Shown here: positions 47,899 to 57,286 of the stretch, in pieces
Layout: each line of letters begins with the position of its first letter
Numbering within the stretch: the stretch's first letter is position 1
Origin: an uncultured Gammaproteobacteria bacterium
GTDB taxonomy: Bacteria; Patescibacteriota; Microgenomatia; UBA1406; HO2-37-13b
Direction of reading: 5' to 3'
DNA length: 64,000 nucleotides
Assembly (NCBI GenBank): GCA_964422025.1
Contig: CAYQYZ010000002.1
Coordinates: forward strand, 3,765-67,764
The notes under the pieces: generated by a model
Seen by the model: the letters and a program-made list of their open reading frames with translations, nothing else
The model's database searches: none
What the model was told of the DNA's origin: nothing
Made by a program: the position numbers and the translations under genes

Positions 47899-48345
47899 AT
47901 GAGTAAAAATAACCCAAATCGGTATAATGTACCTGCTATTACAAGCCAATTTGAAGATTATTTAGTTAGTAAAAACCTCAGCAAAATTTCTCGAAAAAAC
48001 TACATATCTGATCTTCGTATGTTCTTAACATGGATCGATGCACAGGAAGACGAACTTGAATTCAATTTGAGTAGCATCGTTTTATATAAGCAGTTTCTTC
48101 AGACTAGCAGACTGCCTGTTCAATCGATAAACCGGTCACTATCATCGATTAGAGCATACGGAGACCTACTTATGCACAGTCAGGAACAGTTTTCTAACCC
48201 TGCCCGTTTAGTTGCAAACATCCCTACCAAAATACCAGTGGTTCAAAGCAAGCTTATACAGGAATTTTCGCGATCAAACGAACTTTCGAAGGCTGACGCG
48301 TTAGCCCTTTCCGAATTCTTAAAACTTTCATATGACCACACCTAG
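47899..48345 (+). CDS. Stand-alone phage-integrase N-terminal SAM-like domain protein (no catalytic domain)
   Basis: FEDYLVSKNLSKISRKNYISDLRMFLTWI...SINRSLSSIRAYGDLLM matches XerD-type N-domain patterns. At 148 aa there is no R..HxxR..Y domain. Confidence 0.6.
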   Translation: MSKNNPNRYNVPAITSQFEDYLVSKNLSKISRKNYISDLRMFLTWIDAQEDELEFNLSSIVLYKQFLQTSRLPVQSINRSLSSIRAYGDLLMHSQEQFSNPARLVANIPTKIPVVQSKLIQEFSRSNELSKADALALSEFLKLSYDHT

Positions 48346-51300
48346 TATTAATCAGTATCGTCAAAAGCTTCAAAGCCAAGGACTTACTCCCGACGAGGTG
48401 GAGCGAAGAGTGCTTTTGGCGAGTAGCTTTACTGGCTGGATGCAAAAAAAGCAAACTCCCGCAGTTACCTCACCCACACAACCTACTGTGCCTGCCGCGC
48501 ATTCAAATAAAGGCTGGCTATATTCCTTAATAGTCGGGAGTATTGTTTTACTATTCATTATTGGAGCAGGCATAGCTAAAACCCAGCAAAAACCATCGGT
48601 ATTTGAATCTAAAACAGCCTACAAGCCCAATACTCGTACGCTTTCGTTCTCGGGAAAGCTTACCGATGCTAGTGGATTTATTATAGCGAATAAAACAAAA
48701 GTGGTATTGTCGCTTTATAACGACTCGCTCGGAGGAAAGCAGGTATATTCTAGCGGTGTTTGTAATGTGACCCCAAACCTACAAGGAACCTTTCAAACTA
48801 CGATTGGCGGGGCTTGTGGAAGCCCTATTCGCGAAGATGTGTTCACAGCAAATCCTCAGCTTTATTTAGGCATAAAAATCGGGAATGATTCAGAAATGCA
48901 ACCGCGCACCCCGATTACAACTCAAGCCGCAGCAAGTAACACTCCCACCGGCGACTTGGCCGTAAATGATGACGGAGAGATTGTATTATCAACTGAAACC
49001 GCTGCCATACGATCTACACTTGAATCAGCGAACTTTGCTATTACGAGTGCCCGGGGAATACTTCTGCAAAGCAGTCTTGATGGCAATGTCACACTTTCAG
49101 CTACTGAATCAGGACAGATCAAATTCCTAGTGGGCGGCGAACAAGTAAGCACAATTAAAGCAGGTGGCGAACTAGCTATAACTGGCAACATCATTCCAAC
49201 TAATACAGGTATTCAAGATTTGGGTTCAAGTAACAATCGGTTTGGATCATTATACGTAGAAAACATTTACCCGGGTTTATCCGGAGTATCTGGCTATTTG
49301 AAACGAGAAGGAAATACGCTATCGACAACTAATGCAGGTGATGAATTTATACTTGGATCATCGGTTGCCAGCCTGGCACGGATTCGTTTGTCTCCTTTTA
49401 CCAGCGATAAGAGCTGGTTAAATGCGGGTAACTTTGGAATCGGAACCACCAATCCCACGTTTAATTTGGATGTAGCAGGCACAGCCCGTGTTGGAGGTGA
49501 TTTGACTATTGGGGCTTCAGGAAGCCAAAAAATAAACTTCAATGCCTCTACCCTATCGTTCGCAAATGCAACAGGGGTAGCGCTACCAGGCAACACAGTA
49601 AACGCGCTCGCCTTCCAAACAGACCTATTAAGCCTTGATACAAAAAATAATCGAATGGGTGTGGGAACAATTGCCCCGGCGAGCAAACTGAGTGTGGTCG
49701 ATTCTCAAGCAAACCTATCAACGCTTCGGGTTGAGAATACAAACAGTGACGCTAGTAGTAAAGGCATACTTATTAAGTTAGGCTTCACCGGGGGTGGAAA
49801 CACGAGTAATGAATTTATTACCTTCGTAAAAGGCACCGACGAGGTCCAAGGTAAAATTCAAAGCAACGGAGCAAGCGGAGTCAGTTTTACTTCAGGAGGA
49901 GGAGATTTTGCTGAGTACTTTCTAAAAGACGCAAGTCTGAATCCGAATCACTCTCTCTGGAGCCCAGGCACGCTTATGTGTTTGGTTGCCGACGGTATGG
50001 TTCGCCCCTGCGATGTAACATATACTAATGTGCTTGGAGTGATTTCAAATAACGCTGCATTTGTGGGAAACAGCAAGGGAGAATACGATGAAAAATACAC
50101 GCTCGTTGGTTTAGTTGGGCAATTACCCGTTAAAGTTTCCTCAACATCAGGAACCATTGCTTCAGGCGACCCCCTTTCCTACTCCACTACTCCCGGGGAA
50201 GTTGCTCGCGCAACTCGTAACATGAGAATTGTGGGATTTGCTCAGGAAAGTTACAATGGAACAGGTACTAAAACCATTCGCGCGACTATTCAGCCTGGAT
50301 ATTATGAGGTCGCTCAAAAAGACCAGCTTGCGTATGATGGAACAGCGTTGACCACTCCTCAAGAGAGCTTGGGAGGATTTCTCTCCCGTTTCACCAACCT
50401 AATTGCAAAAACAATTCAAGTGGAAGAAAAAATCACGTCGCCCATAGTTGAAACGGATAATTTAATAGCTCAAAAAGCTCAAATAAAGACCTTGCAAACT
50501 CAAACAATTCAGCCTGTGCCTAAAAGTAACGTTGTTATCGATTTAGCTCCCGAGGAGGTCGAGTCCACCCCATCGGCTCCAATAGGCAGCTCTCGATCTG
50601 GCCCATTGTCAAAGCTCCTGATTCAAGGATTTAATAATCAGACCGTCGCTTCATTTGACGCGCAGGGCAATGCAACAATTTCGGGCACATTACAAGCACA
50701 GAATGTCGAAGCGCAGAACGTATCCAGCGAATCTGTGCAAGCTGGTTCTATAGAGAGCTCTCAATTTACCACAAAAGAAGCAAGCGTTTCAGGCACACTC
50801 ATAGCCAATCGTGTCGAAGCAAGCAATATTACTGATATTGAAAAAATGGTTAATGAATTAAAAAATGCCCCATTGCCCGATGCTCGGCTATATGAAAAAG
50901 ACACGTCCGTGTTTAATTCTGTAGATCCTATTAATGATATTACTGTCTTAAACAAAGCTAGTTTTTACGATGCTTCTGTGGCTAATTCCCTGATGGTCGG
51001 GAGTGTGTCTATTAAAGATGACACTATTACCGGCTTAGCTTTTGAACTCAAACTTACCGCCTTAGCCTCAATTAACTTGCTCGACGGTGCAGTTATGATT
51101 GCCCGTGATGGAACATTGACAACTAAGGGAGAGGTAATCGCCCAACAAGGAGTTCGAACTAATCGCCTTTCACCAATTAACAAAGGAGAAAGCATTAAAG
51201 TAAGCCTAAGTGATCAAGCACCGACTCCGGCAAGTTTGCAGATTTTAAATGACGAAGCTAAAGAAGTTGCATCCATTAATGCTTCTGGCTCAGCCTACTT

Positions 51301-51646
51301 TGGTGGGGGAATTGGAGTAAATACATTCATTGCCGATAGTGGCGATGTTCAAAATAAGTCAAGTCTTACTGCGGCAATTTCTACGAACGCGCAATCTGCT
51401 GGTACCGGAGAAATTCCTAGTGGTAAGAGTAATATCATTATTTACAACGAAAAGCTCTCCAAAAACTCTTTGGTATACCTAACCTCTACCTCAAAGACCG
51501 AGAATCAGCCGGTGTATGTTTCTGAAAAAAGAAGTTGTGAGACAACCGTCACTCCTACTCCAACAGACTGTAAAAACTATTTCGTAGTCACCATCGACAG
51601 CCCAATAAAAACAGCCGCTACTTTTAACTGGTGGATTATTAATTAG
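48332..51646 (+). CDS. 1104-aa membrane-anchored surface protein with tail-fibre-like repeats
   Basis: N-terminal cytoplasmic stretch plus TM (WLYSLIVGSIVLLFIIGAGIA). GNFGIGTTNPTFNLDVAGTARVGGDL, GVGTIAPASKLSVVDS. It also carries a module shared with the atp-operon first gene (VLGVISNNAAFVG...GTIASGDPLSYSTTPG). Confidence 0.85.
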   Translation: MTTPSINQYRQKLQSQGLTPDEVERRVLLASSFTGWMQKKQTPAVTSPTQPTVPAAHSNKGWLYSLIVGSIVLLFIIGAGIAKTQQKPSVFESKTAYKPNTRTLSFSGKLTDASGFIIANKTKVVLSLYNDSLGGKQVYSSGVCNVTPNLQGTFQTTIGGACGSPIREDVFTANPQLYLGIKIGNDSEMQPRTPITTQAAASNTPTGDLAVNDDGEIVLSTETAAIRSTLESANFAITSARGILLQSSLDGNVTLSATESGQIKFLVGGEQVSTIKAGGELAITGNIIPTNTGIQDLGSSNNRFGSLYVENIYPGLSGVSGYLKREGNTLSTTNAGDEFILGSSVASLARIRLSPFTSDKSWLNAGNFGIGTTNPTFNLDVAGTARVGGDLTIGASGSQKINFNASTLSFANATGVALPGNTVNALAFQTDLLSLDTKNNRMGVGTIAPASKLSVVDSQANLSTLRVENTNSDASSKGILIKLGFTGGGNTSNEFITFVKGTDEVQGKIQSNGASGVSFTSGGGDFAEYFLKDASLNPNHSLWSPGTLMCLVADGMVRPCDVTYTNVLGVISNNAAFVGNSKGEYDEKYTLVGLVGQLPVKVSSTSGTIASGDPLSYSTTPGEVARATRNMRIVGFAQESYNGTGTKTIRATIQPGYYEVAQKDQLAYDGTALTTPQESLGGFLSRFTNLIAKTIQVEEKITSPIVETDNLIAQKAQIKTLQTQTIQPVPKSNVVIDLAPEEVESTPSAPIGSSRSGPLSKLLIQGFNNQTVASFDAQGNATISGTLQAQNVEAQNVSSESVQAGSIESSQFTTKEASVSGTLIANRVEASNITDIEKMVNELKNAPLPDARLYEKDTSVFNSVDPINDITVLNKASFYDASVANSLMVGSVSIKDDTITGLAFELKLTALASINLLDGAVMIARDGTLTTKGEVIAQQGVRTNRLSPINKGESIKVSLSDQAPTPASLQILNDEAKEVASINASGSAYFGGGIGVNTFIADSGDVQNKSSLTAAISTNAQSAGTGEIPSGKSNIIIYNEKLSKNSLVYLTSTSKTENQPVYVSEKRSCETTVTPTPTDCKNYFVVTIDSPIKTAATFNWWIIN

Positions 51647-53683
51647 TTGAAAAGCATTTGTAATATGATTACAATAAATAGTATGTTCACGAAATCAAAA
51701 ATTGCCCTTTTAAGCGTCCTACTCGTTGTCTTCCCTTTATTCTTCCTGCCTATCACGCAGGAATTTTACAATACGAATAAATTCCTATTCTCATTTGTCG
51801 TAGCACTGCTCCTTTCAACAACATTATTACTTCAATTAATAACACAACGAAAAATTTCGTTCAATTACAGCGCTATCGACACGTCCGTGTTTGTTTTAAT
51901 AGTAGTAACCGCGTTAAGCACGCTTATTTCATCACCTAACAAAATGAGCGCGTTATTTCACTTGCCAGTTGGGGTAGCAGCGTTAATCGTGTTTTTTGTT
52001 CTGTACCTTATTATTAAAAACACCCCATCGGAACAATGGAAAGTTTTTAAACCATGGGAATTACTCAGCATCGGCGCGGCAATTACGGGCGTAATTTCAA
52101 TTCTATTTTACTTAAATCCATTTGCTTCCCAAACGCTTTCGCCATCCATCGCGTTTCTTAAAACCCCGCTGTTTAACACGGTTGGAAGCACGCTTGACCT
52201 AATGCTCTTCTCAGGATTCTTTGTTACTTTAGCCGTCGCTCGTTTAATTACCAAAGGGAAAAAAGAGCTTCCTGTATTAGTTGCTGGTGGAATTGCTACG
52301 ATCGTGATTGTTCTGAATGTATATTATATTGTTAAAACAAATCAGTTCCGTCTACCACCGGTTTCGCAATCATGGCTTGCAGCAATTGAAACACTTAAAA
52401 GTCCTCAGACCGCCTTATTTGGAGTTGGTATCGATAATTTCTCAGGCCAGTTCACGCTCGTAAAAAACACCGCATATAATTCAAGTGATTTATGGAATAT
52501 CAACTTTTCTCTTTCGCGAAGTGGTTTTTTGCATATGTGGACAGAAACGGGTTTAATAGGATTGGCAAGTATGCTTCTTGTTGCATTCCTTATTGTTCGC
52601 CAACTTTTTGAATTAGTTCGCAAAAATGATGAGCATGCAAAAGAGTTTATTTTTGGAGCTGTTTATTTAGTTAGCGCGTTTGTTTTATTTCCACCGTCAT
52701 TTCCAGTCCTGTTTTTGTTCTTTGTGTACTTGGGTCTTTTAGTTTCCCGAACCCAGCAAAAACGAATCGACTTTGATTTCCATAACAATTTACCTGCTTA
52801 TTTGGTTGTAATATTCACGCTCGCCGTTTTACTGCCAGCATCAGCTTACGCGTATGGCCGACGATATGCGTCTGAATATTACTTCAAGAGCTCATTGGAC
52901 GCTCTAAGCACCGGCCAAGTCGCCCCTATATATCAGAATCTACAACAAGCGATTATTATGAATCCGTACGAAGAAAAATATCGACTTACCTTTAGTCAAT
53001 TGAATTTGCTCGTGGCAAACAACATCGCGCTTCAACGAAAAGAAGCGCTTACCGCTCAGGATCGACAGAATATTACCCAAGCAATTCAAGATTCGATTCG
53101 TGAGGCCAAAGCGGCAGTTGCGCTTAACCCTGACAAAGCAAGTAACTGGGAAAACCTGGCCATTATTTATCAAAACTTGTTAAATGTCGCAGAAGGTGCA
53201 GATGCGTGGTCAATTTCTGCCTATCAAAAAGCCATATTACTTGATCCGGTAAACCCGCAATTACGACTTGCACTTGGCGGTGTATATTTTTCATTACAGC
53301 AATTTCCAAATGCTGCAACATTCTTTGCACAAGCAGTAAGCTTAAAACCTGATTGGACAAACGCACGGTATAACTTAGCCTGGGCATATTTTCAGAATAA
53401 GGAATACGATAAGGCGATTTCGGTTATGCAAAACGTATTGACACTTTTGGAAAAGGGCAGTCCTGATTACGCAAAAGCTGACGCGGATTTGAAACTATTC
53501 CTAGAAACTAAAAAGACGGGCGCACAAGCGACTCCTAAACCAGCTGCAGCCGCTCCTACTCCCACTCCTGCAGATCAGGTACCAAGCGCATCGCCTGAAG
53601 CAGCGTTAGAGTTACCAGAAAAACCAGAAGCAGTCGTTTCCCCTAAGATTGCCTTACCCACTGAAACCGCCCCGCAGAATTAA
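51647..53683 (+). CDS. O-antigen-ligase-like polytopic membrane protein fused to TPR repeats
   Basis: ~10 TM. ALFGVGIDNFSGQF and FLHMWTETGLIGLASML are Wzy_C-like. The C-terminal TPRs include NWENLAIIYQNL.., ALGGVYFSLQQFPNAATFFAQAV, YNLAWAYFQNKEYDKAI. Start codon uncertain (TTG 51647, ATG 51665/51683). Confidence 0.8.
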   Translation: MKSICNMITINSMFTKSKIALLSVLLVVFPLFFLPITQEFYNTNKFLFSFVVALLLSTTLLLQLITQRKISFNYSAIDTSVFVLIVVTALSTLISSPNKMSALFHLPVGVAALIVFFVLYLIIKNTPSEQWKVFKPWELLSIGAAITGVISILFYLNPFASQTLSPSIAFLKTPLFNTVGSTLDLMLFSGFFVTLAVARLITKGKKELPVLVAGGIATIVIVLNVYYIVKTNQFRLPPVSQSWLAAIETLKSPQTALFGVGIDNFSGQFTLVKNTAYNSSDLWNINFSLSRSGFLHMWTETGLIGLASMLLVAFLIVRQLFELVRKNDEHAKEFIFGAVYLVSAFVLFPPSFPVLFLFFVYLGLLVSRTQQKRIDFDFHNNLPAYLVVIFTLAVLLPASAYAYGRRYASEYYFKSSLDALSTGQVAPIYQNLQQAIIMNPYEEKYRLTFSQLNLLVANNIALQRKEALTAQDRQNITQAIQDSIREAKAAVALNPDKASNWENLAIIYQNLLNVAEGADAWSISAYQKAILLDPVNPQLRLALGGVYFSLQQFPNAATFFAQAVSLKPDWTNARYNLAWAYFQNKEYDKAISVMQNVLTLLEKGSPDYAKADADLKLFLETKKTGAQATPKPAAAAPTPTPADQVPSASPEAALELPEKPEAVVSPKIALPTETAPQN

Positions 53684-53698
53684 TCTAATACTCCGCTC

Positions 53699-53786
53699 GA
53701 TATCATGATTCTCAGCTTGAAGTGGGTTCCCTCCCATTCCAATGCGTATCGGAACGGGCCTCCCAACAAGCTTCGAATCAGATATC
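53699..53786. repeat. Long imperfect inverted repeat (nested hairpin) between convergent genes
   Basis: GATATC-a-TGATTC-tc-AGCTTG ... CAAGCT-tc-GAATCA-GATATC (18 bp paired). An inner GTTCC/GGAAC stem lies within it. Confidence 0.5.
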
Positions 53787-53804
53787 TCGCGCTGTATTAT
53801 TAGA

Positions 53805-54899
53805 TTACTTCAAGTACCCCAGTGGATTCAGCAACACGCCTCCTTGGCGTATTTCAAAGTGCAAATGTGTTCCGGTTGATCGGCCGGTTGATCCCATGTT
53901 TCCAATGGTGCTTCCACGGCCCACCGATTGCCCCGGATTGACTCCAATTCGTGACAAATGCCCATACAGTGTTTGGAACCCATTTCCATGATCGATTATT
54001 ACGTGACAGCCATATCCCCAGTTCAAACAACCCGCATACGTAACGGTTCCTGCATCTGAAGCAAGGATTGGCGGCGATGATGAGTTGGCGATATCAAGCG
54101 CCATATGGTACCACACCGGATACGTGGTAATTCCTCCACTGGCTGGCCAAATAAAGTTTCCACTTCCCTTTCCGGCCACGATTGGACCATTGTAGAATCC
54201 ACCTGGTCCAGACTTACGGACTGGAGCTACCGGAATTATGCTTCCATCAGGTACAAAGAGCGTTTGACCGCTGGTAAGTGCAAATGTTTCCGCGTCGGAA
54301 TAGTCGTTGAACGGGAAGTTAACAATCGCCTGGGCATCGGTATGATATTTTTTAGCAATCGAATAAATCGTCTCTCCCGAAGATACCTTATGAGCTACAC
54401 CAGTAACGGGGAGGATTTTAAGCTTTTGGCCCGGTTTAATTATTTCACCTGATAAATCGTTTTCCCATTTAATGGTGTCGACACTAATATCGAACTTCTT
54501 TCCAACGGATTCGAGCGTATCACCGCCCTTAACAGCATACTCTATGACAGTATCTCGAGGCTTTTGGGAGAAGGTAGTATTGGTTGATTTTGAGTATACA
54601 TCGACATCAAGAACGGCAGCCGAGGGGGCGGATTGATTCGCGTTCAAATAGTCACTCAAAAATGGATTGTTTTCTGCAATTGCCGGGCCTGCCACAACAG
54701 CCGCAGAAATAAGCAAGAAAAACGACGTATTCAGAAACGATTGAGAGTACTTTCCACGTTTAACCACCAGAATAGCTACAATGAAGCCTTTTATGCGCTC
54801 GAACCGAGAACCGTACGTAAATAAATGTCCTTTCAGGTATGAAGTAGTGAAGCGAGTAAATTCGGTAATGTCACGCCAAAAAGCCCGGGCTGAGAACAT
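53805..54899 (-). CDS. LysM-domain M23 peptidoglycan metalloendopeptidase
   Basis: Two LysM repeats (YAVKGGDTLESVGKKFDISVDTI; HKVSSGETIYSIAKKYHTDAQAI). M23 motifs HMALDIA, GHLSRIGV, GSTGRSTGTHLHFEI. Confidence 0.9.
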   Translation of the reverse strand: MFSARAFWRDITEFTRFTTSYLKGHLFTYGSRFERIKGFIVAILVVKRGKYSQSFLNTSFFLLISAAVVAGPAIAENNPFLSDYLNANQSAPSAAVLDVDVYSKSTNTTFSQKPRDTVIEYAVKGGDTLESVGKKFDISVDTIKWENDLSGEIIKPGQKLKILPVTGVAHKVSSGETIYSIAKKYHTDAQAIVNFPFNDYSDAETFALTSGQTLFVPDGSIIPVAPVRKSGPGGFYNGPIVAGKGSGNFIWPASGGITTYPVWYHMALDIANSSSPPILASDAGTVTYAGCLNWGYGCHVIIDHGNGFQTLYGHLSRIGVNPGQSVGRGSTIGNMGSTGRSTGTHLHFEIRQGGVLLNPLGYLK

Positions 54900-54926
54900 A
54901 GAGTAACTGATTATACCACGACGCGG

Positions 54927-55163
54927 TTAGATCCGAAATACCTTCTCGAGAATTTCTTCAGTGTTTTTGCGATTTGAGGAAGTTTTGCAGATACCCTCCT
55001 TGAGTACTAGTAAGCCAATTTTGGAAAGTGCTTCGCGGGCTGCCAATATTTGTTGGGCAACATCTTCACAATCGCGCTCGCTATTAATCATGCGTCTAAT
55101 GCCCTCTATTTGACCAACAAGGCGGTTGATTCTGCTATCAATACTAGTTTGCTTGGGTTTCAT
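54927..55163 (-). CDS. CsoR/RcnR/FrmR-family metal-sensing repressor
   Basis: RINRLVGQIEGIRRMINSERDCEDVAQQILAAREAL. 4-nt overlap with gdh. Confidence 0.8.
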   Translation of the reverse strand: MKPKQTSIDSRINRLVGQIEGIRRMINSERDCEDVAQQILAAREALSKIGLLVLKEGICKTSSNRKNTEEILEKVFRI

Positions 55164-56485
55164 GGTCGTCGTAGTTTTTCTGCCGAAATAATGCGTTCAA
55201 CTGCCAAAACATATGCTGCTTTGCGTAACGAAGTCACATTCTTCTTGTTTGCCTTCAATTCTAAGTACTTACTAAATATCTTATCAAACGATACTTTCAT
55301 TTGTTTCTCGAGCTTTTCATCGACTTCTGCTTCGGGCCAGTAGTATCCGTAGTTGTTTTGCACCCATTCAAAATATGACACCGATACTCCCCCGGAGTTT
55401 GCGTAAATGTCAGGTACTACCAGCACATTTCGCTTATTTAACTCCTCATCCGCTTCTGGGGTAACCGGTCCATTTGCCATTTCGATAATGACTGCTGCTT
55501 TTACACCTTTTACGTTATCGCCATTGATTGCGTTCTCAAGCGCACTTGGAACTAACACGTCTACGGGAAGCTTCAACATATCTTCATTACTCATCAGTTT
55601 ACCGTTCTTAATGTCGCATACGCCGCCTTTGCAGTAACACCCTGCCAAACTACCCTTTTCTTGTTTACACTCCAATGTAGCGACCGGATCAAGCCCTGCT
55701 TCAATGTACGTTGCTCCCTTAGAGTCGGATACGGCAACAACTCGAAATCCCATCTCGCTGGCAATCTTTGCAAAAAAGTACCCTACATTTCCAAATCCTT
55801 GAACAGCAATGGTAATTTGGGAAATCGGTTTCATGTACCATGCGCTGTGGTCGGATGAGTCGTTGAGCTTGAGTTGTTCAATTAAGAATCGCAATGCAAG
55901 TACGCCTCCAAAGCCGGTTGCTTTATCACGACCCATACTCCCGCCCAGTATAAGGGGTTTGCCCGTAAATGTGCCTGGTTCCAAATGCCCTACTACTTTT
56001 TCATACTCATCAAGCATCCATGCCATAATTTGTCCGTTGGTATTTACGTCGGGAGCAGGAACATCGACCCGGGGTCCAATATGAGGGGCTAGAAATCGCG
56101 CATACGCGCGCGAAAGGGCTTCCAATTCTTTGGCTGACAATTTCTTGGGATCGACAATAATTCCACCTTTTCCACCACCCAATGGGAGTCCGGCTACTGA
56201 GCATTTTAAGCTCATCCAGAGTGAGAGCGCCTTAACCTCAGATTCAGATACATTCTGATGAAAACGAATACCACCTTTATACGGACCAAGTGCATCGTTA
56301 TGTTGACTTCTATATGCCTGAAACTTTTTAGTTTTTCCACCGTCCATACTTACCTGGAGCATATCGGAATGGACTTTGTTAGGAGTCTTTAACCGTGATA
56401 AATACGGTTTAGATTCTTTTGAAAGAAGCGATGAAATTTCATCGAGGAATGTTATTGCGTTTGTAAATGGATCTGAAACTTGCAT
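55160..56485 (-). CDS. gdhA: Glutamate dehydrogenase (Glu/Leu/Phe/Val dehydrogenase family)
   Basis: GPYKGGIRFHQNVSESEVKALSLWMSLKCSVAGLPLGGGKGGI; Rossmann segment VQGFGNVG. Confidence 0.95.
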   Translation of the reverse strand: MQVSDPFTNAITFLDEISSLLSKESKPYLSRLKTPNKVHSDMLQVSMDGGKTKKFQAYRSQHNDALGPYKGGIRFHQNVSESEVKALSLWMSLKCSVAGLPLGGGKGGIIVDPKKLSAKELEALSRAYARFLAPHIGPRVDVPAPDVNTNGQIMAWMLDEYEKVVGHLEPGTFTGKPLILGGSMGRDKATGFGGVLALRFLIEQLKLNDSSDHSAWYMKPISQITIAVQGFGNVGYFFAKIASEMGFRVVAVSDSKGATYIEAGLDPVATLECKQEKGSLAGCYCKGGVCDIKNGKLMSNEDMLKLPVDVLVPSALENAINGDNVKGVKAAVIIEMANGPVTPEADEELNKRNVLVVPDIYANSGGVSVSYFEWVQNNYGYYWPEAEVDEKLEKQMKVSFDKIFSKYLELKANKKNVTSLRKAAYVLAVERIISAEKLRRP

Positions 56486-56495
56486 ACTACCAGGT

Positions 56496-56525
56496 AGTAT
56501 AGAGTATGGGAGAATGGGATGTCAA
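56496..56525 (-). promoter_or_regulatory. gdh promoter (short or no leader)
   Basis: Minus strand: TTGACA-N18-TATACT, then 10 nt, then ATG 56485. Confidence 0.5.
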
Positions 56526-56654
56526 GGGGGATTTTGAGGTATGCTGGTCGCGAAGTAAAACCAGTTGCATAGCTGAACTGTTTTTTTAATATGATTTGAC
56601 ATTCATATGCCGAAATGTTTATTCTTAATAAAGGCAAAAAGATCTTGTATATAG

Positions 56655-56683
56655 TTGAATATAGTATTTTAGACTGTTATAAT
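56655..56683 (+). promoter_or_regulatory. Near-consensus orphan promoter with no downstream gene
   Basis: TTGAAT-N17-TATAAT. It is followed by ~130 nt holding a CTGAGGA/TCCTCAG hairpin and ending in a T7 run at ~56819-56825. Confidence 0.5.
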
Positions 56684-57286
56684 AAGCTAAATTGAATGTA
56701 GACATGCTGAGGATTATTAATCTCCTCAGCAGCCACTACTACCTTCGCACAGGTATGTAAATGGTTTTGCCCAATCGTAGAAAAGGCTCCTTCGGAAGCT
56801 TCCGCTTCTCTGGGAGTCTTTTTTTGTCGGGTCTATAGCGTACTAAGAAAGTACACATAATAAATACCTCCTCCCTAGGGAACTTATAATGCCACCCCCT
56901 GTTGTACGGACGTATTATATTTCCCCAAAGAAGTACTGGAAAATACCCAGCATGACTACACTCAATGTTAATGTGCCACAAAAAATCCCCTGATAGCGGC
57001 CCTAAAGCTGTGGAAAGCTATAGTGCTATTACCAAGGGAGTTTTAAAAATCAAACTTCTTTTCTAGTGCTATGTAACGTTCCACTTTACATTTGACCTCA
57101 AATAATCTTTGAAGATTATTTGTATCATAGTACTATTTCTTCGGCTTAAAGTCAAATGATTATTGGCAAAGACGCATTGATACTGCCAGAAGGCTCCATG
57201 CAGGCTATACAATGGTCTATTTGACTAAACTCAGTGTGCTTAGAGTATATGCGCTGACCTTAAGCTAGACAACTCCGAGAGTTCTC

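Noticed and set aside
47899-48345. Tyrosine recombinase/integrase marking a mobile element
   Set aside because: Only the ~100-aa N-terminal SAM-like domain is encoded. The catalytic domain is absent, and the gene is operonic with a surface protein.
53722-53991. 89-aa plus-strand ORF
   Set aside because: It starts inside the intergenic inverted repeat and runs antisense to the well-supported M23 peptidase gene.
56739-56981. 80-aa minus-strand ORF in the gdh-upstream spacer
   Set aside because: It has no promoter or SD, an odd composition (W/H/C/R-rich), and it overlaps the candidate sRNA terminator region. I treat it as noise.
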